Program-made: the position numbers and the translations under genes
In this document: in pieces, positions 6,517-16,900 of the stretch
Numbering within the stretch: the stretch's first letter is position 1
Layout: each line of letters opens with the position of its first letter
NCBI GenBank assembly: GCA_964650515.1
Contig: CAZYUB010000005.1
Span: 12,304-76,303, forward strand
Length of the DNA stretch: 64,000 nt
Source: an uncultured Planctomycetia bacterium
GTDB taxonomy: Bacteria > Omnitrophota > Gorgyraeia > Pluralincolimonadales > Pluralincolimonadaceae
Direction: 5' to 3'
The notes under the pieces: generated by a model
The model's database searches: none
The model's input: the letters and a program-made list of their open reading frames with translations, nothing else
Told to the model about the DNA's origin: nothing

Positions 6517-8892
6517 ATGAGGAAAGTCGAAAAAGGCTTGCTCCCTCACCCGAAAATAGCTTTAATCACCCCCTTTGGCATTCCTCCACAGCGCCAGGGC
6601 GTGGCGCTTATAATGACGGTCGGCATCCTCGCGCTCATAACGCTCCTCGGCACGTCCTTCGCGATAAATATGTCCGCAGATTATAAAGGCGCCAGGAACT
6701 CCATCCAGGCCGTAAAGGCAAGGTACCTGGCGGAAGCCGGTATAAACAGGGCGGTCGCGGAGCTGCTCTACGGGGCGGAAGGTTTTACGAGCGACGCAAT
6801 CGATTCCTCGACGGAAGCATGGTCCGGGGCAAACCCGTATTCGGCGAATATAGGAAGCGACAACAGCGGGTATACCGTGACCGCAATATCCGATTGCGCG
6901 GGGCGCATCTTCATAAACGACATGAACCCGAACCTCAGGAACATGCTCGGCAGCCTTGCCGCGGCATGCGGGCTCGCGGCAGCCGACGGGCAGGCAATAT
7001 TCGACAACCGCCCGATAGGGGGGTATTCATCCGTCGAGGAGATAAAGACGGTCCCCGGCTTTACCCAGGTAAAATACGATGCGATATCCGATTCCATTAC
7101 TATCCACGCATATGTCGATCCTGATGTGTCGGCCGCAGCGCACCCGTATTCCGCGTCCCCGAGGGCGCCGGTCAACGTCAATACGGCCGGCAGGGAAGTC
7201 CTTATAGCGGTGCTCGGAGGAGTAAGCAACGGCGCAAACACCATCACATCCGCGGAAGCGGCATCGCTCGCGGACCACCTGATAAACGGCAGGCCTTATT
7301 CCACATACGACCAATTATTGGCGCGGCTGCTGACCGCTGAGACACTCGGTTATATATCGGACGGGGACGCGGCCGTCGCGATGGCCAACGCGAACCCGAA
7401 CACGGACATGATGTCCCTTAACCCGAATTATTCCTGGCGGTATAAACACGTATCAAAGGGGAATCCGAATGATGTCTCGGGATACGATGCCAACGGCCTC
7501 CCGTATGCCGTCGACAAGACATCGCTTTCAGCATATACGACGGAGTTTTCGTTCAACTCCGGCGGTTATTACGAGATAGAATCGGCCGGCATTGCCAGGA
7601 ACGCCGCAGGAATGCAGAATGCGGTAAAGAGGGTCAAGGCCTGCGTCAAGACCTTTGATATATGGCGTCAGACAACCCAGGCGCAGTTCGCGCTCGGGAT
7701 CCCGGCCAACACAGAGCTTTATCCTGAGCCGCCGGCGGTCGCCGCCGCGGCTTATGACGGCCAGGTGATGATATCGAGGATGCGCTCAACCACGCCTGCG
7801 GCTGGCGTCCCGCATTTCCTGCACAAGATGGACGGCCTGGACGCGGACAGCGCAGGCGGGAGCGCGGCAAGGACCAGTTTCGCATGGGTCCCCCTTAACC
7901 CGAACCTCGCAAGCGTGATAGACGCCGCCGATCCCGGCAACGTATTCCCCGACGGGCTCTTCTTCCCGAGGGACGACGCGACTACGAACTACTGGTTCAG
8001 GCCGGAGGGCAACATCGATTCCGCGGACGGCACGCTCGAGATATGGTTCAAGCCGAACTGGCAGTACCACTACGCGACCTTCAACAACGCGTGGCATTCC
8101 GCGAAGGTCTTCGAGGCGCAGGATAGGGGCACCGGGGGCGGCGGGTCGAACTGGGGCAACGCCTCTATGGATATCTATATTGCCGCCGACGACGACACGA
8201 TCCGCTGGAGGATAAACAACAAGAACGGCACGCAGTACACGATGCAGGCGGCGATGCCGAACACCTGGAAGCCGGGTACATGGCACCACATAGCGATAAC
8301 GTGGGATTACGAGGATTTCCTGAACGACCCCGCGCGCGCCCAGACGTTCTATATCGACGGCGCGAGCGTCATGTCATGGAACATAAAGGACGCGCCGAAA
8401 CAGTTCCTCGGGGATAACGGCCTCGAGTTCGGCTGCGATACGCCGTACCAGGAGCCGCCGAACGCGACTTACGGGGAGGTAAGGATATTCGCGTCAAGCG
8501 GCGCGACATCTCCCGGCATGGATTACGCGGCCGGGGTATATTACGATGTAGGCGACGCGGAGTTCCTGTCTTCCGCGAATACGCTCGGCACAGTCAGGTT
8601 AGGGACTCTGTCATGGACCGAGCATACGGCGGATGCCGCGGGAAACCCGGTCGTCCCGGGCGCCGACCTGACGTTCGACATATTCGACGGCGCGGCATGG
8701 CTCGGCAACAGCGCGGGCAGGTCGAACCCGGCGGGCAACCCGCTCGACGCGGTGACCGGAGGCGCGGGCGCGGTCCGATACAGGGCGTATTTCATCGAGA
8801 CAGGCAGCGGCCTCTTCGATACCCCTGTCCTCGACGACGTGACGATAACGTATTTCAGCAGGGCCGAGATGCTTTATTGGAGGGAGTTGTAG
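6517..8892 (+). CDS. GspK-like type II secretion / pseudopilin-family protein fused to a large C-terminal extension containing a LamG (concanavalin A-like lectin) domain.
   Basis: The N-terminus has a GspK-like hydrophobic segment (QRQGVALIMTVGILALITLLG) and two helix-hairpin-helix motifs characteristic of GspK (APVNVNTAGREVLIAVLGG and GGYSSVEEIKTVPGFTQVKYDAI). The C-terminal half has LamG-like segments (LEIWFKPNWQYHYATFNNAWH...WHHIAITWDYED...FYIDGASV). The start was taken at the ATG at 6517, which has an AGGGGG RBS. The ORF track starts at 6436, and an in-frame GTG at 6601 is also possible. Confidence 0.55.
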   Translation: MRKVEKGLLPHPKIALITPFGIPPQRQGVALIMTVGILALITLLGTSFAINMSADYKGARNSIQAVKARYLAEAGINRAVAELLYGAEGFTSDAIDSSTEAWSGANPYSANIGSDNSGYTVTAISDCAGRIFINDMNPNLRNMLGSLAAACGLAAADGQAIFDNRPIGGYSSVEEIKTVPGFTQVKYDAISDSITIHAYVDPDVSAAAHPYSASPRAPVNVNTAGREVLIAVLGGVSNGANTITSAEAASLADHLINGRPYSTYDQLLARLLTAETLGYISDGDAAVAMANANPNTDMMSLNPNYSWRYKHVSKGNPNDVSGYDANGLPYAVDKTSLSAYTTEFSFNSGGYYEIESAGIARNAAGMQNAVKRVKACVKTFDIWRQTTQAQFALGIPANTELYPEPPAVAAAAYDGQVMISRMRSTTPAAGVPHFLHKMDGLDADSAGGSAARTSFAWVPLNPNLASVIDAADPGNVFPDGLFFPRDDATTNYWFRPEGNIDSADGTLEIWFKPNWQYHYATFNNAWHSAKVFEAQDRGTGGGGSNWGNASMDIYIAADDDTIRWRINNKNGTQYTMQAAMPNTWKPGTWHHIAITWDYEDFLNDPARAQTFYIDGASVMSWNIKDAPKQFLGDNGLEFGCDTPYQEPPNATYGEVRIFASSGATSPGMDYAAGVYYDVGDAEFLSSANTLGTVRLGTLSWTEHTADAAGNPVVPGADLTFDIFDGAAWLGNSAGRSNPAGNPLDAVTGGAGAVRYRAYFIETGSGLFDTPVLDDVTITYFSRAEMLYWREL

Positions 8893-9783
8893 ATGAAACG
8901 CGCTCTCATATTATACATGGCGGTATTTTTCGCCTGTGCCTGCTTTCCGGCAGCGGCGGATGTGATAACTATCGGCACCGCGCGCGATACCGAGCTGAAG
9001 GCGGAGGGCTACGGCAGGGCCGCCTCGTCGAAATACGAGCTAAACGTAACCGCCCAGGCGAAACGGCTCGCGAACGGCGACGCGGTGCTGGTCAAATACA
9101 AGACGAACCTGCCCCGGATGACGGTGCTGTATATGTCGGTCCGCTCGCTAGACCAGGTGCTAGTCACGCGCAAACAGACGGTCGAAGGCCCCGAGTTCGC
9201 GATAAGGTTCGGGCCGTTCGACAACAAGAAATTCACGCCGGGCATTTACGTGGTCGAGGTATCGTGCATCCCCGAAAGGCAGGAGAGCGGCGCGGTCAAG
9301 AAGGAGCTCTCCGGCACGGACAAGCTTGTCGCTACGGCAGAACTCAGGATCGGGAACCAGGAGGATTTCGAGGTCACGACCGGCAAACGCAAGGCCGCGC
9401 TGGTAGCGGAGCTCAAAGAACTCGACTCGCTCTACTTCGCGATGAACGATGAATACGCTTTGCAGAAAAAGGAATTCAATAAGGCGAGATGGGACGCGTT
9501 CTCGGAGGATCTCCTCCTGCGCGTGAAGAAGATAGGGGATCTCGACGCGGACTACCGTTCGAAGATGCTCGTCATGGATTACGCGGCCCAGGAGAACATC
9601 AAGATGATGATAGTCGATACGCTCGGCAAGCTCCGGATACGCTATACGGAACAGCTCTGCAAGGACAACGGCGTGGAATTCAGCGCTCCGCCGTCGCCCG
9701 ACAACAGGCCGGCGGATATGCTTAACAAGGTGATGCAGGAACTTCTCGTCAATTCGCTTGACTTTTACTCGACAGGAAATTAA
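8893..9783 (+). CDS. Secreted hypothetical protein with a signal peptide and a coiled-coil-rich C-terminal half.
   Basis: 296 aa. Its ATG abuts the stop of the upstream gene (TAGATG), which suggests translational coupling. I recognise no family. Confidence 0.45.
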   Translation: MKRALILYMAVFFACACFPAAADVITIGTARDTELKAEGYGRAASSKYELNVTAQAKRLANGDAVLVKYKTNLPRMTVLYMSVRSLDQVLVTRKQTVEGPEFAIRFGPFDNKKFTPGIYVVEVSCIPERQESGAVKKELSGTDKLVATAELRIGNQEDFEVTTGKRKAALVAELKELDSLYFAMNDEYALQKKEFNKARWDAFSEDLLLRVKKIGDLDADYRSKMLVMDYAAQENIKMMIVDTLGKLRIRYTEQLCKDNGVEFSAPPSPDNRPADMLNKVMQELLVNSLDFYSTGN

Positions 9784-9792
9784 TATGAAACC

Positions 9793-11037
9793 ATGCGCGG
9801 CCACAAGACCGTAAAAATAACAGGGTGCCTTCTTTTGCCTTTGGCGGCCCTCCTCATGATCTGCCTCCCGGGCTGCGCGAAAAAGACCGGTGAAAAAGAG
9901 ATACTGATGTGGCTCGTCGGCTCGGAGAAGCAGGCCCAGAAGATAACCGAGCTCGGGCTTGATTTCTACAGGGAGACCGGCGTCAAAGTCAGCTGCGAGG
10001 CGATCTCGTGGGGCGAAGCGCACTCTAAATACCTGACCTCCGTCGTCGGTGAGGTGACCCCGGACATCGGCACGATGGGCCTGACGTGGGGGACCGAGTT
10101 CGGCAGCCTGGGCGCGATGGTCGACCTGCGCAAAGAATACCCGGAAGATCTTGAGCGGATATCGAAGAACATATTCCCGGGGCTGGCCGAATCTATCCGC
10201 TTCAACGACAGCGTCTTCGCGGTCCCGTTCGACATGAGCGAATACATAATGTTCTACAGGTCCGACCTGATAAAATCGCCGCCGCGGACGTGGAAAGAGC
10301 TGACATCGCTGCTATCGGAACTTAACGCTTCCGGGAAGTCGATGATAATCGATTGGGGCGGGCTCGGATGGATAGGTTATTGCCCTTACCTCTGGCAGAA
10401 CGGCGGGGATTTCTATAATAAGGACAGGACCTCTGCGACGCTCGATACCGAAGAAGCCGCGGCCGCGATGAGATTCTTCACCGACCTTTACAAGAAATAC
10501 CAGGTGCCCCTCGAGAACAAGCCGGTCGAACAGAGCTTCAGGGTAGGCGACCACCCAATATTCATATCCGGGAACTGGAAGATGAAGAGCCTCACGGATG
10601 TCGCGCCGGAACTCGACGGGAAATGGGCCATAGCGCCGCTTCCCGCCGGGCCGACCGGAAAGCGCACGGGCTTCATCGGCGGAAGGGTCATGGGGATATT
10701 CTCGATGTCGAAGCTGAAGGACGAGTCGTGGGAGTTCATCAAATACCTCTCAAGGGCGGATATACAGGTGAAGCTTTACGAAGCTACGCTCGAATCGCAC
10801 GACACGTACCTGCCCCCGAACATGAAGACGTGGGATACCATGCCAATGGACGCGTCCTTCAAGGGCCCGCTGAAAGATCAGGCGATGGATTCCAAGGGCC
10901 CGCCGTCGGTGCTCGGATGGGATGACAGCACGAGGTTCATAGATACCGCGATACAGCTTATAGTGCTCAAGGGCAGGGACGTGAAGGCGGCCCTTGCCGA
11001 AGCGGACAGGGAACTCGACAGCAGGAGGAAGCATTGA
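9793..11037 (+). CDS. Extracellular solute-binding lipoprotein of a carbohydrate ABC transporter (CUT1 family).
   Basis: The lipobox LPGCAKK follows a signal peptide. The 414-aa protein fits the family-1 binding-protein pattern and is followed directly by two permease genes. Confidence 0.75.
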   Translation: MRGHKTVKITGCLLLPLAALLMICLPGCAKKTGEKEILMWLVGSEKQAQKITELGLDFYRETGVKVSCEAISWGEAHSKYLTSVVGEVTPDIGTMGLTWGTEFGSLGAMVDLRKEYPEDLERISKNIFPGLAESIRFNDSVFAVPFDMSEYIMFYRSDLIKSPPRTWKELTSLLSELNASGKSMIIDWGGLGWIGYCPYLWQNGGDFYNKDRTSATLDTEEAAAAMRFFTDLYKKYQVPLENKPVEQSFRVGDHPIFISGNWKMKSLTDVAPELDGKWAIAPLPAGPTGKRTGFIGGRVMGIFSMSKLKDESWEFIKYLSRADIQVKLYEATLESHDTYLPPNMKTWDTMPMDASFKGPLKDQAMDSKGPPSVLGWDDSTRFIDTAIQLIVLKGRDVKAALAEADRELDSRRKH

Positions 11038-11936
11038 ACCGCGTCCTTAAGGAGATCAACAAGCAGAAGCCGGCGTATTTGTTCATAGCGCCGTCGTTTT
11101 TGCTCTTCACGGTCTTCCTTATCATACCGGTCTTCGCGTCGCTCTACTGGAGCTTTACGGAGTACAATATACTTCAGCCGCCGAAGTTCGTCGGGTTCCA
11201 GAACTACGCGAATATACTCTTCCATGACCCGCGGTTCTGGAAGGCGATGACAAATACGGCCATATTCGTCGTCGGCACGGTGCCGACGAGCATTGCAATA
11301 TCCCTGCTTCTCGCGATGGCGATAGACCAGAATATAAGGTTCAAGAACTGGTTCAAGACGTTCTTCTTTATACCGAGCATCACATCCATAATAGCGGTGT
11401 CCGTCATCTGGAAATGGCTTTACGCGAGCGGAAAATACGGGCTCTTCAACCACTTCCTGTCATCAGTAGGCATCCCGCCGGTCAACTGGCTCGGCGTCGA
11501 CTGGACGCTGCCGTCCATAATACTGATGAGCGTTTGGGGCGGGCTCGGGTATAACATGATTCTCTTCATCGCGGGCCTGCAGGGCATCCCGCAGGTCTTC
11601 TACGAGGCCGCGGAGGTCGACGGCGCGAGCGATTGGGACAAGTTCAGGAACGTGACACTGCCGCTCCTGAGGCCGACGATGCTCTTCGTCACGATAATGT
11701 CGGTAATAAGCGCGTTCCAGGTCTTCGAGCAGGTCTATATAATGACATATAACTCGGAAGGCGCGGTGGGAGGGACCCTCGACTGCGCGCTCACGATAGT
11801 CGCTTACCTTTACGAGACCGGGTTCCAGAGGTTCGCGATGGGGTACGCGTCGGCGCTGGCATACCTTATCTTTTTCGTGCTCTTCATAGTCACTATAATC
11901 AACATGAAGATAGTCGAAAAGAAGATAGAGTACTGA
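11034..11936 (+). CDS. Carbohydrate ABC transporter permease (MalF/UgpA-like).
   Basis: Six predicted TM segments. The EAA loop reads EAAEVDGASDWDKFRNVTLPLLRP. Confidence 0.85.
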   Translation: MNRVLKEINKQKPAYLFIAPSFLLFTVFLIIPVFASLYWSFTEYNILQPPKFVGFQNYANILFHDPRFWKAMTNTAIFVVGTVPTSIAISLLLAMAIDQNIRFKNWFKTFFFIPSITSIIAVSVIWKWLYASGKYGLFNHFLSSVGIPPVNWLGVDWTLPSIILMSVWGGLGYNMILFIAGLQGIPQVFYEAAEVDGASDWDKFRNVTLPLLRPTMLFVTIMSVISAFQVFEQVYIMTYNSEGAVGGTLDCALTIVAYLYETGFQRFAMGYASALAYLIFFVLFIVTIINMKIVEKKIEY

Positions 11937-11937
11937 T

Positions 11938-12819
11938 ATGGACATTAAAGAGATAAAGAGGTTCAACGGGGAAGAGGCGAGGCCTTCAAGCAAGGCGAGG
12001 CAGCAACGGCTGCTTAAGACATTCGTATACATATTCCTCGCAATAGGGTCTTTCATAATGGTGGTCCCGTTCGTCTGGATGGTCGTGACCTCGTTCAAGC
12101 CGCTCGACGAGATAAACACATACCCGCCGAGCTTCTTCATCAGGAAACCGACGTTCGCGGCCTACATCGAGCTGTTCAGCATAATACCGATGGGCAGGTA
12201 TTTCATGAACAGCCTCATAGTGACGTCCTCGATAACGCTCGCGAACATATTCTTCTGCTCGCTGGCCGGATACGCTTTCGCGAAACACCGTTTCTTCGGC
12301 CGCGACAAGCTCTTCCTGCTGCTGGTCGGCTCGATGATGATACCGTGGCAGGTCAACCTGATACCCAGTTTCGTAATAATCAAGAAGTTCGGCTGGCTCA
12401 ACTCGTTCTACGGCCTGATAATACCGGCGATGTCGGGCGCTTTCGGCATATTCCTCATGAGGCAGTTCATAATGAACATCCCGGACGACCTTATCGACGC
12501 CGCGAAGATAGACGGATGCAGCGAATTCACGATATACAGGAGGGTCATACTGCCGCTGATACAGCCGGCGCTCGCCTCCCTGGCGATATTCACGTTCATG
12601 GGCCAGTGGAACAACTTCGTATGGCCGCTCGTGGTCATATATTCGTCGAAGATGAGGACAATACCGCTCGCGCTCTCCGTCCTGAACGGGCAATTCGGCA
12701 CAAATTTCGCGATGGTAATGGCGGGGGCGGTCATAGCGACGCTTCCGGTCCTCATAGTGTTCATAGCGTTCCAGAAGTACTTCATAAAAGGCATAGCCCT
12801 GACAGGCCTGAAGGCCTAG
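11938..12819 (+). CDS. Carbohydrate ABC transporter permease (MalG/UgpE-like).
   Basis: The EAA loop reads DAAKIDGCSEFTIYRRVILPLIQP. It is polytopic. Confidence 0.85.
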   Translation: MDIKEIKRFNGEEARPSSKARQQRLLKTFVYIFLAIGSFIMVVPFVWMVVTSFKPLDEINTYPPSFFIRKPTFAAYIELFSIIPMGRYFMNSLIVTSSITLANIFFCSLAGYAFAKHRFFGRDKLFLLLVGSMMIPWQVNLIPSFVIIKKFGWLNSFYGLIIPAMSGAFGIFLMRQFIMNIPDDLIDAAKIDGCSEFTIYRRVILPLIQPALASLAIFTFMGQWNNFVWPLVVIYSSKMRTIPLALSVLNGQFGTNFAMVMAGAVIATLPVLIVFIAFQKYFIKGIALTGLKA

Positions 12820-12842
12820 CGCGCCCCTATGGGACGCGCTAA

Positions 12843-12886
12843 CTGTTACCGATAACATTGACAAATCCCGGTTCATCGTGTAAACT
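12843..12886 (+). promoter_or_regulatory. LacI-type palindromic operator CTGTTACCGATAACAT (12843-12858) overlapping a sigma70-type promoter (TTGACA at 12858-12863, 17-nt spacer, TAAACT at 12881-12886).
   Basis: Read from the sequence. The reverse complement of this 16-mer occurs upstream of the second LacI gene at 21505-21520. Confidence 0.5.
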
Positions 12887-12907
12887 TTATCGAAGGGTCA
12901 AAAAGCC

Positions 12908-13933
12908 ATGAAACGTTTCGAAAAATCCAGCATAACGATAAAAGACATAGCCAAAAAGGCGGGCGTCGCGCACTCTACGGTCTCTCTTGTTATGAACGAC
13001 CGCGAACACGTGTCGCCGAAGCTGCGCGAGAAGATCTTAAAGATCGCGAACGAGATGGGCTATATGCCCAACATGGTCGCGCGCAGCCTCATCAGCAAGA
13101 AATCCTCCACGGTCGGCGTCGTATTCCCCGAGAACCCGCACTTCTTCACGATAACGTACTTCCTTATGATAATAGAGGGCATCCAGAACGCCTGCAAGAA
13201 GTACAACCGAGCGCTTATGTTCTTCTCGCTCGACCAGACGAAAGGCGAGTCGTATTACCAGATATCCCGCAAATGGCTGATAGACCTGATGATAATAATG
13301 AACGTCGACTACACGAGGGACATCTCAAAAGATATCCAGGACCTGCGCGATAACGGCATATACTTCTCGTTCCTGACGAAATACCTCGGCAAGGAGAAGG
13401 TCAATTCGGTCTGCGTCGATAACTACGAAGGCGTGCGGCTCGCTCTCGAATATTTGGCCTCGCAAGGCCACAAACGGATCGGTTTCATCGCCGGCAACCC
13501 GAACTCGGCGGACGGCCCGGAGAGGTTCCAGGCATATAAGTCGCTCTCGAAGAAATTCGGGTTCGACCAGGACGAAGATCTCATAGCGCAGGGCGATTTC
13601 ACTTTCGAAAGCGGCGAGCGCGAGATGCCGAAACTCCTCGGCCTCAAGAAACGCCCGACGGCGGTCTTCGCCGCGAGCGATTACATGGCGATAGGCGCGA
13701 TGCGCGTGATAAAGGAGCAGGGCCTCTCGATACCTAAAGATATCGCCGTCATGGGGTTCGACAATACGCTCGAAGCCGCGTACGTAGAGCCGGCCCTTAC
13801 GACGGTAAGGCAGCCGCTGCAGGAGATGGGGGAGAAGGCCGTCGACCTCGCGATACGCTCTATGAACGACGAGAATTTTGAACCACAGACGCTTGCCATC
13901 AAACCGGAACTCATAAAGAGACAATCATGCTAA
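12908..13933 (+). CDS. LacI-family transcriptional regulator.
   Basis: The N-terminal HTH reads ITIKDIAKKAGVAHSTVSLVMN. A periplasmic-binding-protein-like sugar-binding fold follows. 341 aa. Confidence 0.85.
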   Translation: MKRFEKSSITIKDIAKKAGVAHSTVSLVMNDREHVSPKLREKILKIANEMGYMPNMVARSLISKKSSTVGVVFPENPHFFTITYFLMIIEGIQNACKKYNRALMFFSLDQTKGESYYQISRKWLIDLMIIMNVDYTRDISKDIQDLRDNGIYFSFLTKYLGKEKVNSVCVDNYEGVRLALEYLASQGHKRIGFIAGNPNSADGPERFQAYKSLSKKFGFDQDEDLIAQGDFTFESGEREMPKLLGLKKRPTAVFAASDYMAIGAMRVIKEQGLSIPKDIAVMGFDNTLEAAYVEPALTTVRQPLQEMGEKAVDLAIRSMNDENFEPQTLAIKPELIKRQSC

Positions 13934-16900
13934 AGATCCGCTTTAACCCATTGGTGTATTATGCCCTTTTCATTTTAGCGGTCTTCGCCGCGCCGGTATT
14001 CGCGGAAGACGCGGCCGCCGCCGCAAACATGACGCAGGGCCCGACTTTCGAGGTAAAACAGGTCGACGGCGTCAACGTCCCGTTCCAGAACGGCATACCT
14101 TTCCCGTCGTGGGAGAGGCAGGAGCGCGCATACGTGGACCTCAACGGCAACTGGAAGACGCAAAGGCAGAAAGCCGACCATAAGCTCACGCTGTATAAGA
14201 GGACGCTGGATAATATCACGCTTGTCGAGCAGGAAGGCGGCGGAAGGCACGGCGCCGGATACGATGATTCCGCGTGGAAAGAGAAAGCCATACCCGGCGT
14301 CGAGAACCCGGCTCCGGACAGGTATATGGACGGCGCATGGTACAGGCGGCATTTCAGCGTTCCGGCGGACGCGGCCGGAAAATACGTCAAACTTATGTTC
14401 GAGGCCGCGAACTATTTTACGGATGTCTGGGTCAACGACAAATGGGTCGGCTGCCATGAAGGCGGATATACGCCGTTCGCGTTCGATGTGAGCCCTTACC
14501 TCAATTACGGAAAGGATAACGTCATAGCCGTGCGGGTCGACAACATACCGTGGATCCCCAACGGCGACTCCTCGAAGGAGGCGCAGGCGACAAACGACCA
14601 TAACATAATCCCGTATGCTACCGGCGACTGGTGGAACTACGGCGGCATAACGAGGAACGTATATCTCGAGATATCGCCGGCCGTATCGGTCGTGCGCGCG
14701 GATGTCCGCTCGAAACCCTCGGGCGAGAAGGACTCCGAGCTGGCAGTCGAAGCGGTCGTTTATAACCGCAGCGGCGAGGAAGTCACGGCGACGGCGGGGG
14801 TCAGGGTCCTGTCGACCGGCATAAAAGATAAGAATATCGGCGAACTTTCGGTCAAGAAGGTCGCCACGAGCAAGACGATGCCCGTCCAGGGCGAGGCCTC
14901 GAAAGAGATAACGCTGAAGCCCGGCGAAGTGCGCGCGATAAGCTTCTCGCTGAAGTCGGGCGCGCTGAAGCACTGGTCGCCGGAGTCGCCGAACCTCTAT
15001 GTCCTGCAGGTCACCCTCGGGGATAAGAAGAAGAAATTCGACGAACTTTATACGCAGTTCGGCGTCAGGGAGGTCCGCGTCGACAAGGACAGCCCGAAGG
15101 TCCTGCTAAACGGCAAAGAGGTATTCTTGCGCGGCATAGCCAGGCACGAGGCATTCTACGGGGAGCCCGGCCCGGGAGAGTTCGGGGCCCCGAGGATCAT
15201 CGAGGATTTCAAACTGATCAAGGAAGCGAACGCGAATTTCGTCAGGACCGCGCATTACCCGAACGAACAGCAGACGTATTCCATAGCGGACAGGATGGGA
15301 TTGCTCGTGTGGGAGGAGATCCCGGTATTCTGGTTCGGCGGGCCCGAGTTCGTGATCCAGAAAAATGTGCGCGGCATCGCGAGGCAGATGTGGCTCGAGA
15401 TGATATACCGCGATTACAACAGGCCGTCTATAGTCATCTGGAGCACCTGCAACGAGTGCAGCTGGCAGAAGGAGAGGGCTGAATTCATAAAAGATCTGAA
15501 GGATAACGCGCAAAAAGCCGACGGCACCCGCCTCGTCGCGCAGTCGGCTTCAGGAAGCGACCCGACGGACCCGACCCAGAAGGAATGCGACATCATCGGG
15601 TTCACTACCTATTACGGAATATTCTACGGAAGCTCCTATTATTCCGACACGAAGGAAGCGCTCGAGAAGACGCGCAAGGCCTTTCCGGGTAAACCGGTGA
15701 TCTCCACCGAATACGGCATCTGGTCCGCTTACGGCGACGTTCCGCAGGAGAAGGTCCAGATAGAGGTCGCGAAGGATACGTTCGCGGCGTTCGCGGAGCT
15801 CCCGTATGTCACCGGCGCTGCGTGGTGGACGATCGCGGATTGGCATACGATGATAAACGAGCCGCAGCATATGGGCCTGCTGACGATAGACAGGAAGTTC
15901 CAGAAGCCCGTATATTTCCAGGTACAGCGCCAGTACGCGATGCTCCTCGGCGACCTTTCCGTCGGCATGAAAGAGCCGAAAGACGAGGAGACCGTAAAAG
16001 GAAAACTGAATATATCCGCCGAGATAACCGGCAAGGAGAAGCCTGAATTCGTCGACCTCATTGTGGAAGGGAAACAGCTCGGGCGCCTCTCTCAGAAGAA
16101 GGGCGTATACCAGATGGAGTTCGATACCGCCAAGATAGAGGACGGCATGAGGACCCTGATCGTGCGCGCGAAGAGCAAGAAAGGATATTTCGTATCCGAT
16201 TTCGTAAGGGTCAATGTCGATAATACCGATGAACCGCCTCTCCTCGGCATAGCGCTGAAGGACGGCGACCTCGTCATGGGCAAGGTGCTGCTGAGCGTGT
16301 CCGCGTCGGACGACAGGGCCGATCCGGTAGTGACGTATTCCGTGGACGGCGCGGAGCCGGAAAAAATGGCGAGCAGGGTAGAGGGTTCCTACCAGGCCGA
16401 ATGGGATGTCTCGGCGTTGGCCGACGGGTCGGAACACGAGATAAGGTTCCGCGCGGCCGATTCGGGCGGGCAGGCAGCGGAACGCAGCGTCAAGGTAAAG
16501 ATAGACGGCAAGCCGGGCAAATACGTCGACCTGCCGTACGACCACGACTGGATATCGGAGAACGGCAGGTATACTGACGGGACCGGATGGGATTACGCCG
16601 CCGAGGACCTGCCTGCATCCAATTCGGAGTTCATATATAACGGAAAGGACAGGGTCAAATTCAGGTTCGGGGACAAATCCGACGGGGCGAAGAATACGGT
16701 AGAGTGCGGCAAGCAAAAAATAACTTTTGCGCCCGGCTATTACGGCAAGGTCCATATACTCGCTGCGATGCATGACGGAGGCGCGAAGGTCCCGTTCCTG
16801 CTGAACTATACGGACGGGACGCAAGGGAAGGCCCTCGCGGGGTTCTCCGACTGGTGGGGCGCCAACGCGGTCTTCGGGGAAGACATAGCGATAAAGACAT

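Noticed and set aside
13975-14973. A 332-aa minus-strand ORF inside the GH2 gene. Several 100-290-aa minus-strand ORFs inside the ROK, GspK-like, GH94-like and gltB genes are similar, for example 1385..1849, 7786..8289, 9160..10023, 23002..24249 and 30117..30956.
   Set aside because: All lie antisense within + strand genes that have strong family motifs. None has an RBS or a recognisable domain.
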